This document shows, one piece after another, positions 54,998 through 63,424 of a DNA stretch of 64,000 nt. Both the position numbers and the translations under genes were made by a program. The DNA comes from Candidatus Krumholzibacteriia bacterium (GTDB taxonomy: Bacteria; Krumholzibacteriota; Krumholzibacteriia; WVZY01; JAKEHA01), in the NCBI GenBank assembly GCA_029865265.1, contig JAOUHG010000004.1, positions 89,835 to 153,834 of the forward strand, read 5' to 3'. Below the pieces are notes generated by a model that had not been told where the DNA came from, made no database searches, and saw nothing but the letters and a program-made list of their open reading frames with translations. How positions within the stretch are numbered: position 1 is the first letter of the stretch; each line of letters starts with the position of its first letter.

Positions 54998-56005
54998 TCA
55001 GGGGAGCACCACGCGCGCGGTCCCGGCGCCGGCCAGCGCATCCAGCACCACTTCCAGGACGCGCTGGTGGGGAATGGCCGCAAGGCACTCGCCGGTTCCG
55101 CGCGGGCAGGGCACGGCGCCGTTGCGCGAGCAGGGCCGGCAGGCAAGCGCGCGTTCGACCACACGGCTCCCGTCCAGCGAGGGGAAGTAGCCGAAGCTCT
55201 CCACGGTGGGTCCGAACATCGCCACCACCGGCACGCCCACCGCCTCGGCCAGGTGCATGAGGCCGGAGTCGTTGCCGACGAAGAGGCGGCAACGCGCAAT
55301 GTGCGCCGCGGTGTGCAGGAGCGGGGCGGAGCCCGCCAGGTCGAGCGCACGATCTCCCAGGGTGGCGGCGATGGGTGCGGTGACAACGCGGTCCTGCTCG
55401 TCGCCCACCAGCACGATGACGTGCCCGCGTGCTGCGAGCGCCGCGCACAGCTCACCGAAACCCGCCCAGCGTTTTCCCTCCCAGCGGCTGCCGGGTGCGA
55501 CCGCGATGGCGTCGCGCGCGCCGAGGGCCCGATCCGCGGCGGCGGCCGCCGTCGCGGGCAGGACGATGCCGCCGGGACGCAGCGTCGCCGCCGGCAACCC
55601 GGCGGGCCCGGCGAGAGCCGCATAGCGCTCGAGCATGGTGGGCAGCGGTGCGGGGCGCTTGAACACGATGAGCCCGAGCCGGGCCAGCGTGTGCTTCTCG
55701 ATACGCGCCGCCGCGCCGCCCGCGCGCCATGCCACCACGCGGCTGCGCCAGCTCGCGTGTGCGTCCACCACCACGTGCCCCGTCGCGCGCAGCGCGCTGG
55801 CAATTCCCAGCAGCTGCCCCGCCGAGGCGCCGCGTTCGATGGCGATGACGCGGTCCACGCCCTCCGCGGCGGCGAACAACTCCGCGTAGGCGCGCTTGGT
55901 CAGCACGACCACCTCTTCGGCGCCGGATCGGCGCGCGTGGGCCAGCAGCGGGCAGAGCAGCACGCAATCGCCGAGCGAACTGAATCGAATGAAGACGAGT
56001 CTCAC
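54998..56005 (-). CDS. lipopolysaccharide heptosyltransferase (glycosyltransferase family 9)
   Basis: MRLVFIRFSSLGDCVL..P...VGNDSGLMHLAEAVGVPVVAMFGPT matches the WaaC/WaaF/RfaQ pattern. Confidence 0.85.
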   Translation of the reverse strand: MRLVFIRFSSLGDCVLLCPLLAHARRSGAEEVVVLTKRAYAELFAAAEGVDRVIAIERGASAGQLLGIASALRATGHVVVDAHASWRSRVVAWRAGGAAARIEKHTLARLGLIVFKRPAPLPTMLERYAALAGPAGLPAATLRPGGIVLPATAAAAADRALGARDAIAVAPGSRWEGKRWAGFGELCAALAARGHVIVLVGDEQDRVVTAPIAATLGDRALDLAGSAPLLHTAAHIARCRLFVGNDSGLMHLAEAVGVPVVAMFGPTVESFGYFPSLDGSRVVERALACRPCSRNGAVPCPRGTGECLAAIPHQRVLEVVLDALAGAGTARVVLP

Positions 56006-56036
56006 GGCTCCCGTTCCGGTCCTGCGCCTTCGCGCT

Positions 56037-56065
56037 TGACACTGCGCGAATTTCGCGGGGACACT
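56037..56065 (+). promoter_or_regulatory. candidate operator: GACACTG direct repeats flanking 6-1-6 palindrome CGCGAATTTCGCG
   Basis: Located in the divergent region between the heptosyltransferase (-) and the first XRE-cupin regulator (+). Confidence 0.3.
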
Positions 56066-56145
56066 GACCCGGACTATAGCGCAAAAGCGTCCCGGCAGAC
56101 GCTTGTTTTGCCATCTGCTCCGTTTCAGGGAGGAGCTCCGCGGTC

Positions 56146-56688
56146 GTGTCCAACCAGCTCGGTGACAGAATCAGGCGGCTGCGGCTCGCCGGTAACCTCA
56201 CGCTCAGGGAGGTTGGCGCCCGCGCGGGTGTTTCCGCCACGCACCTCTCCGAAATCGAGCGCGGAAGGACGTCGCCGACGGTGGGCGCGCTCATGCGCAT
56301 CGCCGCGGCACTGGGCGAGGAGGCCTCGCGGCTGGTCGACGACGTGCAACCACCCGGGGTGGCGGTGGCGCGTGCGGGTGAACGGCGGGAATGGACCGAG
56401 AACGATGCCACGGTGCAGGCGCTCACCGCGGCCAGCAGCGGGGGCGAACTCACGGTGGTGACGGTTGCGCTGCCGCCCGGTGCGGCGATGCCGCGGCTGG
56501 CCGGGGCCGGCGAACAGTTCGTCCTGGTTCTGGAAGGTGCGGTGGAGATACTGCTGCCCGCGTCGTCGCGGGCGCTGCGTGAGGGGGACGCCGTGCACTG
56601 CATGGCCGAGGATTGCCGCGGTGTGCGCAACCGCGGCGAGACGGGCGCGCGCCTGCTGTGGGCGTGTTCGCCGGCTGCGACCCTGTAG
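56146..56688 (+). CDS. XRE-family HTH plus cupin-domain transcriptional regulator
   Basis: LGDRIRRLRLAGNLTLREVGARAGVSATHLSEIERGRTSPTVGALMRIAAALG. C-terminal cupin-like beta region. Confidence 0.8.
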   Translation: MSNQLGDRIRRLRLAGNLTLREVGARAGVSATHLSEIERGRTSPTVGALMRIAAALGEEASRLVDDVQPPGVAVARAGERREWTENDATVQALTAASSGGELTVVTVALPPGAAMPRLAGAGEQFVLVLEGAVEILLPASSRALREGDAVHCMAEDCRGVRNRGETGARLLWACSPAATL

Positions 56689-57272
56689 CCCCCCGCGGGC
56701 AGGGAGAGGTCACCCTGGACAACAAGGAAATCGGCAGACGCATCAAGACCGCGCGCCAGGAGCGAGGACTCACGCTCAAGGCGGTGGAGGCGTCGTGCGG
56801 GGTGTCGGCGACGCACGTCTCCGAGATCGAACGCGCCGCCGCTTCACCCACGGTGGGTGCGCTGCTGCGCATCGCGCGCGCGCTGGGCAAGCGCCCGGGT
56901 TACTTCCTGGAGGAGAGCGAGATGGGCGAGGTGTCGGTGGTGACGCGCGCGGATCGTGTGCGCGAGTCGGCCGGCACGGGCGTCACCCTGGAGCGGCTCA
57001 CCGCGGGCATCCCCGGCGGCCGCGTGCAGGCAATCCAGATAACGCTGGCGCCGGGCAGCGGACGCCGTGCCGCTGCCCACGCGCACCCGGGTGGCGAGGC
57101 CATCCTGGTGCTGTCGGGACGCCTCAGGGTGACGGTGGACGGTGGCGGTCACGTCCTTGCGCCCGGCGACGCGGTCTACTACGATGCGGCCCGTCCCCAT
57201 GCGTACGTCAACGAATCGCCGGACGCCACGGCGGTCGTCCTGTGGCTGGCGACGCGCCGCGACGTCGACTGA
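56664..57272 (+). CDS. XRE-family HTH plus cupin-domain transcriptional regulator, tandem paralog
   Basis: IGRRIKTARQERGLTLKAVEASCGVSATHVSEIERAAASPTVGALLRIARALG, then a cupin (HAHPGGEAILVLSGRLRV). Start is uncertain. GTG 56664 overlaps the previous gene by 25 nt. Confidence 0.7.
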   Translation: MFAGCDPVAPRGQGEVTLDNKEIGRRIKTARQERGLTLKAVEASCGVSATHVSEIERAAASPTVGALLRIARALGKRPGYFLEESEMGEVSVVTRADRVRESAGTGVTLERLTAGIPGGRVQAIQITLAPGSGRRAAAHAHPGGEAILVLSGRLRVTVDGGGHVLAPGDAVYYDAARPHAYVNESPDATAVVLWLATRRDVD

Positions 57273-57287
57273 CCCTGCCGTTTTGTT

Positions 57288-57317
57288 TTGACACGTTTTC
57301 CCGCGCCCTCCTATGCT
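57288..57317 (+). promoter_or_regulatory. candidate promoter TTGACA-N18-TATGCT
   Basis: Upstream of the DUF1844-like gene. Confidence 0.3.
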
Positions 57318-57362
57318 CGCCCCTGCCCGCAATTCAGCGCGGCCCAAGGGGTGAGACGTACC

Positions 57363-57671
57363 ATGCCGGATGCTTCCCGCGACGAAATCCTGTTCGTGCA
57401 ACTGGTGGCGACCTTTCAGTTCGCCGCCATGCAACAGATGGGGAAGATCGCGAATCCGGTGAGCGGCGAGATCGAGCGCGACCTCGAGCAGGCCAGGACC
57501 TCCATTGACATCGTGCAGATGCTGCAGCGCAAGACGGAGGGCCACCGGTCCGCCCGCGAGTCGGAATTTCTCGACAAGGTGCTCTTCGAGCTGCAGATGA
57601 ACTACGTCGACGAAACCCGCCGGGGTGAGGGGGAGGAGAAGGCGTCCGGCGAGGGCAACCCGGAAAATTAG
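57363..57671 (+). CDS. DUF1844-like small protein
   Basis: MPDASRDEILFVQLVATFQFAAMQQMGKIANPVSGEIERDLEQARTSIDIVQMLQRKTEGH resembles the DUF1844 pattern. Confidence 0.55.
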   Translation: MPDASRDEILFVQLVATFQFAAMQQMGKIANPVSGEIERDLEQARTSIDIVQMLQRKTEGHRSARESEFLDKVLFELQMNYVDETRRGEGEEKASGEGNPEN

Positions 57672-57751
57672 TCCGGGTTACCGGTTTGGAGTCGTTCTTG
57701 CTACCTAGCAACGGTTTACCCCCGGCGATACGCCAGGAAGGAGACGGTTCG

Positions 57752-59632
57752 ATCATGCACGGTCGTTTTCGTGCGCTTTGCGCCGGTACGTTGCTGGTCG
57801 CCGCCGCGTGTTCCATGTGGTTCCCGCTGACGGCCGCAGCGAGCTCGGCATACAACGGGACGCGGGGTCTCCTGCGCACCCGCTCCGCGGACACCTACCG
57901 CAAGGGTACGCTCAGTTTTCAGCTCTCGGCCCAGTACGGGAAGCTGGACAACCAGCTGCTCTCGCCGGGCGGGTATTACCCGCCGGGCGATACCTCCGCG
58001 GTCGTCGACTACCACCTGTTCATCCCGCGGGTGTCGATAACCTACGCCCTGAGTGATTTCTTCGAGGTGGCGGGAAACCTGGATGTTCGCAGCTGGATTC
58101 GTACCGTGCAGGAGGACAATGGTCATAACGACCTCGAGACCTTCACGCGCGGTGGCCTGGGTGACACCGACGTTTCCGCCAAGCTGTCGATACCGCTCCC
58201 GGGCGACAAGTTCAAGCTGGGTGCCTACGGTGACGTGAACTTCAAGACCGGCGACAAGGACCGCCGCTTCACCACCGATTCCAACGACATCACCGTGCTC
58301 GGTCTGGCCACGCTCGACCTCACCGACATGGATACCTTCGTTCCCACACGCGTGCACGTGAACGCGGGCTACCGGTTCAACAAGAACGAGCTTCTCGGCT
58401 ACGGCATCTTCGACCCGGATTTTCCGGATTCCTCCGGCTTCAACCCGCCGGGATATCCGGCGACGCCGGCGGGCGAGAACGACTCGTACAACGACAACTT
58501 CCTGTTCAACGCGGCGCTCGAATTCCCGGCGCCGCAGGTGACATTCTTTGTCGAGTTCGACTGGCAGAATCTCCTGAACATGGAGATCCCGGACGGGGCG
58601 TCCGTCAGTGCCAACACCTACACGCTGACGCCGGGTGTCGAGTTCAAGGGCGGCAGCGGTTCGTCGTTCGAACTCGGGGCCGACATCAACCTGAACTCCG
58701 GGGACAGGCCGTCGGTCATCAACGCGCCCGACTGGGGCCTGTGGATGGCGTTCAACTATGTTGCCGAGGTCATCCCGCGCGACAGCGACAAAGACGGGAT
58801 CGCCGATCCCAACGACGGTTGTCCGGATCAACCCGAGGACTTCGACGGGTACCAGGACGCGGACGGCTGCCCGGACCTCGACAACGACGGCGATGGTCTG
58901 AATGACAAGGACGACATGTGCCCGGATCTGGCCGAGGACTACGACAGCTTCCAGGACGGCGACGGCTGTCCCGACCTGGACAACGACCAGGACGGCATTC
59001 CCGACGCCAGCGACAAGTGTCCGGATGAGGCCGAGGACCTCGATGGCGAGGCGGACGACGACGGCTGCCCGGACCTCGTCAAGGACAGCGACAACGACGG
59101 CGTCCCCGACGATCTCGACCGCTGCCCGCTGCAGGCGGAGGACTTCGACGGGTACCAGGACGACGACGGCTGTCCCGACCTGGACAACGACCTCGACGGT
59201 ATTCCCGACAACGTCGACAAGTGTCCGACGCAGCCGGAGACGTTCAACGGCGTCGACGACGAGGACGGATGCCCGGATGCCAAGGAGATCGGCAAGCAGT
59301 TCGTGCTGCGCGGCATCGGCTTCGAGAGCGGCAGCGCCGCGCTCACGCCGGACTCGTACACGGTGCTCGACCAGGTGATCGCGTCGATGAACGCGTACCC
59401 CGAGGCGCGCCTCGAGATCCGCGGGCACACCGACAGCCAGGGCCCGGCCAACTTCAACCTGGAGCTTTCGCAGCGTCGCGCCGAATCGGTGCGGCAGTAT
59501 CTCATCAAGGGCGGCGTCGATCCGTCTCGCCTCACCTCGGTGGGCGTGGGCGAGGAAGAGCCGATTGCGTCCAACGCCACGCCCGACGGGCGTTCGCAGA
59601 ACCGGCGCATCGAGTTCCGCCGCTTGAACTAG
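57752..59632 (+). CDS. OmpA-family outer-membrane protein with thrombospondin type-3 Ca-binding repeats
   Basis: Signal peptide. N-terminal beta-barrel-like region. About 10 D.D.DG..D..D.CPD units. C-terminal OmpA domain (FESGSAAL...IRGHTDSQGPANFNLELSQRRAESV...NRRIEF). Confidence 0.85.
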   Translation: MMHGRFRALCAGTLLVAAACSMWFPLTAAASSAYNGTRGLLRTRSADTYRKGTLSFQLSAQYGKLDNQLLSPGGYYPPGDTSAVVDYHLFIPRVSITYALSDFFEVAGNLDVRSWIRTVQEDNGHNDLETFTRGGLGDTDVSAKLSIPLPGDKFKLGAYGDVNFKTGDKDRRFTTDSNDITVLGLATLDLTDMDTFVPTRVHVNAGYRFNKNELLGYGIFDPDFPDSSGFNPPGYPATPAGENDSYNDNFLFNAALEFPAPQVTFFVEFDWQNLLNMEIPDGASVSANTYTLTPGVEFKGGSGSSFELGADINLNSGDRPSVINAPDWGLWMAFNYVAEVIPRDSDKDGIADPNDGCPDQPEDFDGYQDADGCPDLDNDGDGLNDKDDMCPDLAEDYDSFQDGDGCPDLDNDQDGIPDASDKCPDEAEDLDGEADDDGCPDLVKDSDNDGVPDDLDRCPLQAEDFDGYQDDDGCPDLDNDLDGIPDNVDKCPTQPETFNGVDDEDGCPDAKEIGKQFVLRGIGFESGSAALTPDSYTVLDQVIASMNAYPEARLEIRGHTDSQGPANFNLELSQRRAESVRQYLIKGGVDPSRLTSVGVGEEEPIASNATPDGRSQNRRIEFRRLN

Positions 59633-59665
59633 GCACGGCTTACGTTCGCCGGTTGAAAAGGGAAT

Positions 59666-59696
59666 GGGTCCGTCATTCGACGGACCCTTTTCTTTC
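59666..59696 (+). terminator. Rho-independent terminator (between convergent ompA-like and mazG)
   Basis: gggtccgtc attc gacggaccc followed by ttttctttc. A-rich on the other side, so it could act bidirectionally. Confidence 0.6.
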
Positions 59697-59758
59697 TCCT
59701 TCCCGGAAGACCCGGTGGAGTGAGTCTTCGAATGGCGGACGGCGCGCGCTGCGCGCCG

Positions 59759-60544
59759 CTAGGACGACTTGGCGCGCTCCCAGTAGACGTCCATCTCGTC
59801 GAGCGTCATGTCTTCGAAGCGCCGGCCGTCGGCGCGGATCATCCCCTCCATGAGCTCGAAGCGACGGATGAACTTGGAGGTGGAACGCTGCAGCGCCTCG
59901 TCGGCGTCGATCTTGAGAAAGCGCGCCACGTTGGCGGCCGCGAACAACACGTCGCCGGTTTCGTCTTCGATGGCCGCGCGCTCGCCGGAGGCGAGTGCGT
60001 GTTCGAGTTCGGCGATCTCCTCGCGAAGCTTCTCGATCACGGGCGGAATCTCATCCCAGTCGAATCCGGTCGAGCCCGCGCGGTCCAGTATCTTCACCGC
60101 GTGGCGCAGCGGCGGCAGGTTGCCGGCCACGCCCTCCAGCGCGCCCTCGCCACGCTTCGCCCGCTCCGCGGCCTTGCTCTTCTCCCAGTGGACGATGCTC
60201 TCCTCCGGAGTCGACGCCGTCTCACGGCCGAAGACGTGCGGATGGCGGCCCTTGATCTTGTCGTGCGCGTGTGTGGCCACACGGGCCAGCGTGAACTCGG
60301 GATCGGTCTCCCGGCGGATGGACAGCGCGAAGCACAACAGGAACAACACGTCTCCCATCTCGTCCAGCAACTCGCCGGGCCCGTGGTGGGTGCCGGCCCA
60401 CTCCAGCTCGTAGGCTTCCTCGATCAGGTCTGACAGGACGTCGTCGAGCTTCTGCTCGCGGTCCCACGGACAGCCGTTCTCGCCGCGCAGGCGCGTGATC
60501 AGGGCGAAGAGTTGTTGCATGGACCCGGCGTCGTCGTTGCTCAT
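59759..60544 (-). CDS. mazG: nucleoside triphosphate pyrophosphohydrolase MazG
   Basis: LITRLRGENGCPWDREQK...EEAYE...EMGDVLF tandem MazG domains (second: EEIAELEHA...ETGDVLFAAANVARF). Start taken at the second Met, MSNDDAGSM. Confidence 0.85.
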   Translation of the reverse strand: MSNDDAGSMQQLFALITRLRGENGCPWDREQKLDDVLSDLIEEAYELEWAGTHHGPGELLDEMGDVLFLLCFALSIRRETDPEFTLARVATHAHDKIKGRHPHVFGRETASTPEESIVHWEKSKAAERAKRGEGALEGVAGNLPPLRHAVKILDRAGSTGFDWDEIPPVIEKLREEIAELEHALASGERAAIEDETGDVLFAAANVARFLKIDADEALQRSTSKFIRRFELMEGMIRADGRRFEDMTLDEMDVYWERAKSS

Positions 60545-60667
60545 TGGGCGAGCATAGGGATGTTCCCGGCCTCTCTTCAAGCCCAAGTTGGTTCTTGCCG
60601 GAAGCGTCCCGCACGGCTAAACTCCAAGATTCTCCTTCTTCGCCGCGCTGGAGCGCGGCCCGGCAAG

Positions 60668-63424
60668 ATGACCGATATGATCACCGTGCGCGGCGCGCGG
60701 CAGCACAACCTCAAGAACCTCGACGTCGAGATCCCGCGCGGGAGTCTCACCGTCATCACCGGCGTCTCCGGATCCGGCAAGTCTTCCCTCGCCTTCGACA
60801 CCCTGTACGCGGAGGGGCAGCGCCGCTACATCGAGTCGCTGTCCACCTACGCCAAGCAGTTCCTGGAGCGTATCGGCCGCCCCGACGTGGACGATGTCAC
60901 CGGCTTGAGCCCCGCTATCGCCATCGAGCAGCGCAACACGACCCGCAGCTCGCGTTCCACCGTGGGTACCGCCACCGAGATCTACGACTACCTGCGCCTG
61001 CTGTTCGCGCGCGCGGGGCGCACCCACTGCCCCACCGACGGCGTCGAGGTGCGCCGTCACACAGCGGACGAGGTGGTGCAGGCGTTGCTGGACGGGCACG
61101 CGGGGCGTACCTTCAACGTCATCGCCACCCGCAAGGTGGAGAAGGGCGGGGCCGCGAAGCACGTGGAGGAACTGGTGCGCGAGGGCTTCACGCGCTTCCT
61201 CATCCGCGGGGACGTGGTGAAGCTCGAGGCACCCCCGAAGGGCATCGGGCGCGCAACGGCGCTGGACCTGGTGCTGGACCGGGTGACCGTCGGCGAGGAG
61301 CGGCGCGCGCGCCTGCTGGAGGCGGTGGAGACCGCGTACCGGATGAGCGACGGTCACGTGCGCTTCGACGACGCGGATTCGGGCGAAAAGGTGGAGTTCA
61401 CCAGTCACCTGGTGTGCACCGCGTGCCGACGCGAGTTCGAGGAGCCGCGCCCCATCCTGTTCTCGTTCAACACCCCGTTTGGCGCGTGCCCCCAGTGCCG
61501 CGGGTTTGGCAACCGCATGGAATTCGACGAGAACCTCATCGTGCCCGACGGGTCGCGCACGCTGCGGCAGCACGCCATCGAGCCGTGGGGAAGCGAGAAG
61601 TTCGAATACTTCTACGACCAGCTGGTGCGTTTCTGCCGCCGCAAGAAGATCCCCATGGACAAGCCGTGGGATAAACTTCCCGAGGCGTCGCGGCGAGCGG
61701 TCATGCAGGGCTCGGGCGAATACACCGGCGTGTTGCCGTTCCTGGAGAACATGCGCGAGAAGACGTACAAGAAGTACGCGCGCTTCTTCACGCGCCGTTA
61801 TCTCGCCTACCGCGAGTGCCGCATGTGCAACGGCGGGCGCCTGCGCCCGGAGGCTTACTTCGTCCTGCTGGACGGGCGCACCATCCGCGAGGTCGCGTCG
61901 ATGACGCCGGGCGACGCGCTGAAATTCGTGCGCGGGCTGGAGTTCTCGGAGCGCGGGCGCACCGTGGTTCGCGACGTGCTCATCGAGCTCGAGTCGCGCC
62001 TGGGCTTCCTGCTGGCGGTGGGGTTGCACTACCTCACCCTCGACCGTCTGGCGCGCACGCTCTCAGGCGGCGAGTCGCAGCGCATTTCGCTCGCCAACTC
62101 GCTCGGGTCGAACCTGCTCGACGTCCTGTACGTGCTCGACGAGCCCAGCATCGGCCTGCACCCGCGCGACACGGACCAGCTGGTGGCCGTGCTGGTGGAC
62201 CTGCGCTCGCGCGGCAACACGGTGGTGGTGGTGGAACACGACCTCGACATCATTCGCAGCGCCGACCACGTGATCGACCTCGGGCCCGGTGCGGGCGAGG
62301 CCGGCGGGAGCATCGTCTACCAGGGGCCGGCGCTGGCGGGCGGGACGTCGCGCACCCTCAAGTACCTCAAGGAGGGCCCGCCGCTGCGCATCGCCAACGG
62401 GGACGGTTCGAAACCGGAGAACTTCCTCACCCTGCGCGGCGTGCGTGAGCACAACCTGCGCGGCGTGGACGTGTCGTTTCCGCTGGGGGCGTTCACGGCC
62501 GTTACCGGCGTCTCCGGATCGGGCAAGAGCACCCTGGTTTGCGACGTGCTGCACGACGCGCTGCGCGGGCGCGGTGACGCCGGCGCGCGCGCGTGGCGCT
62601 CGGTCGAAGGCACCGGGCCGGTGCGCGGCGTGCTCATGGTGGACCAGGCCCCCATCGGCAAGACCCCGCGCTCCAACCCGGTGACGTACGTCAAGGCCTT
62701 CGCCGACATCCGCGAGGTGTTCGCGGCGCAGAAGAAAGCGCTCAAGCGCGGCTACAAGTCCGGGCGCTTCAGCTTCAACGTGGCCGGGGGCCGCTGCGCG
62801 CGCTGCCAGGGCATGGGCTGGGAGCGTGTGGAGATGCACTTCATGGCGGACATGTTCGTGCGTTGCAGCGAGTGCGACGGAAAGCGCTTCAACCAGGAGA
62901 CGCTCGAGATACACTACAAGGGCCTCGACCTGGCCGACGTCCTGGATCTGACGGTGGACGAGGCCATCGAGCACTTCTCGGATTACCCCGCTCTGGTGGG
63001 ACGCCTGCGTGTGCTGCACAAGGTGGGGCTGGGTTACCTGCGGCTGGGGCAGCCTTCGACGACGCTGTCGGGGGGCGAATCGCAGCGCATCAAGATCGCG
63101 CGCGAACTGTCCGACAATACCGAAGGCGGATTCGTCTACATACTCGACGAGCCCACCACCGGACTCCACGTGGACGATGTGGAGACGCTCATCGATGTGT
63201 TGCGCGAGTTGATCGCCCGGGGCAACACGGTGATCGTGGTGGAACACAACATGCAGGTGATCGCGCAGTCGGATTGGGTGGTCGACCTGGGCCCCGAGGG
63301 AGGGGACGGCGGTGGCAGGGTGGTGGCGGCCGGAACGCCGGCGGAAGTTGCCGCCGCGACCGGATCGCACACGGGCATGTTCCTGAAACGCTTCCTGCGC
63401 GGAACCAGACGGAGGGCGTCGTGA
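60668..63424 (+). CDS. uvrA: excinuclease ABC subunit A
   Basis: MTDMITVRGARQHNLKNLDVEIPRGSLTVITGVSGSGKSSLAFDT...LSGGE.QRI.LA... with two ABC modules and Zn-finger cysteines. About 918 aa from ATG 60668. Confidence 0.95.
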   Translation: MTDMITVRGARQHNLKNLDVEIPRGSLTVITGVSGSGKSSLAFDTLYAEGQRRYIESLSTYAKQFLERIGRPDVDDVTGLSPAIAIEQRNTTRSSRSTVGTATEIYDYLRLLFARAGRTHCPTDGVEVRRHTADEVVQALLDGHAGRTFNVIATRKVEKGGAAKHVEELVREGFTRFLIRGDVVKLEAPPKGIGRATALDLVLDRVTVGEERRARLLEAVETAYRMSDGHVRFDDADSGEKVEFTSHLVCTACRREFEEPRPILFSFNTPFGACPQCRGFGNRMEFDENLIVPDGSRTLRQHAIEPWGSEKFEYFYDQLVRFCRRKKIPMDKPWDKLPEASRRAVMQGSGEYTGVLPFLENMREKTYKKYARFFTRRYLAYRECRMCNGGRLRPEAYFVLLDGRTIREVASMTPGDALKFVRGLEFSERGRTVVRDVLIELESRLGFLLAVGLHYLTLDRLARTLSGGESQRISLANSLGSNLLDVLYVLDEPSIGLHPRDTDQLVAVLVDLRSRGNTVVVVEHDLDIIRSADHVIDLGPGAGEAGGSIVYQGPALAGGTSRTLKYLKEGPPLRIANGDGSKPENFLTLRGVREHNLRGVDVSFPLGAFTAVTGVSGSGKSTLVCDVLHDALRGRGDAGARAWRSVEGTGPVRGVLMVDQAPIGKTPRSNPVTYVKAFADIREVFAAQKKALKRGYKSGRFSFNVAGGRCARCQGMGWERVEMHFMADMFVRCSECDGKRFNQETLEIHYKGLDLADVLDLTVDEAIEHFSDYPALVGRLRVLHKVGLGYLRLGQPSTTLSGGESQRIKIARELSDNTEGGFVYILDEPTTGLHVDDVETLIDVLRELIARGNTVIVVEHNMQVIAQSDWVVDLGPEGGDGGGRVVAAGTPAEVAAATGSHTGMFLKRFLRGTRRRAS

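Noticed and set aside
53178-55190. 670-aa ORF on plus strand and 423-aa ORF 54532..55803 on minus strand
   Set aside because: Alternative frames over the rSAM, waaA and heptosyltransferase genes. The chosen frames carry the diagnostic motifs, and these ORFs do not.
55452-56816. 454-aa minus-strand ORF
   Set aside because: Antisense to the XRE-cupin regulators, which have canonical HTH sequences.
60600-60660. Candidate promoter or LexA-type box upstream of uvrA
   Set aside because: Only a loose TTGCCG-N17-TAAACT match is present. No recognisable SOS-box palindrome is seen.
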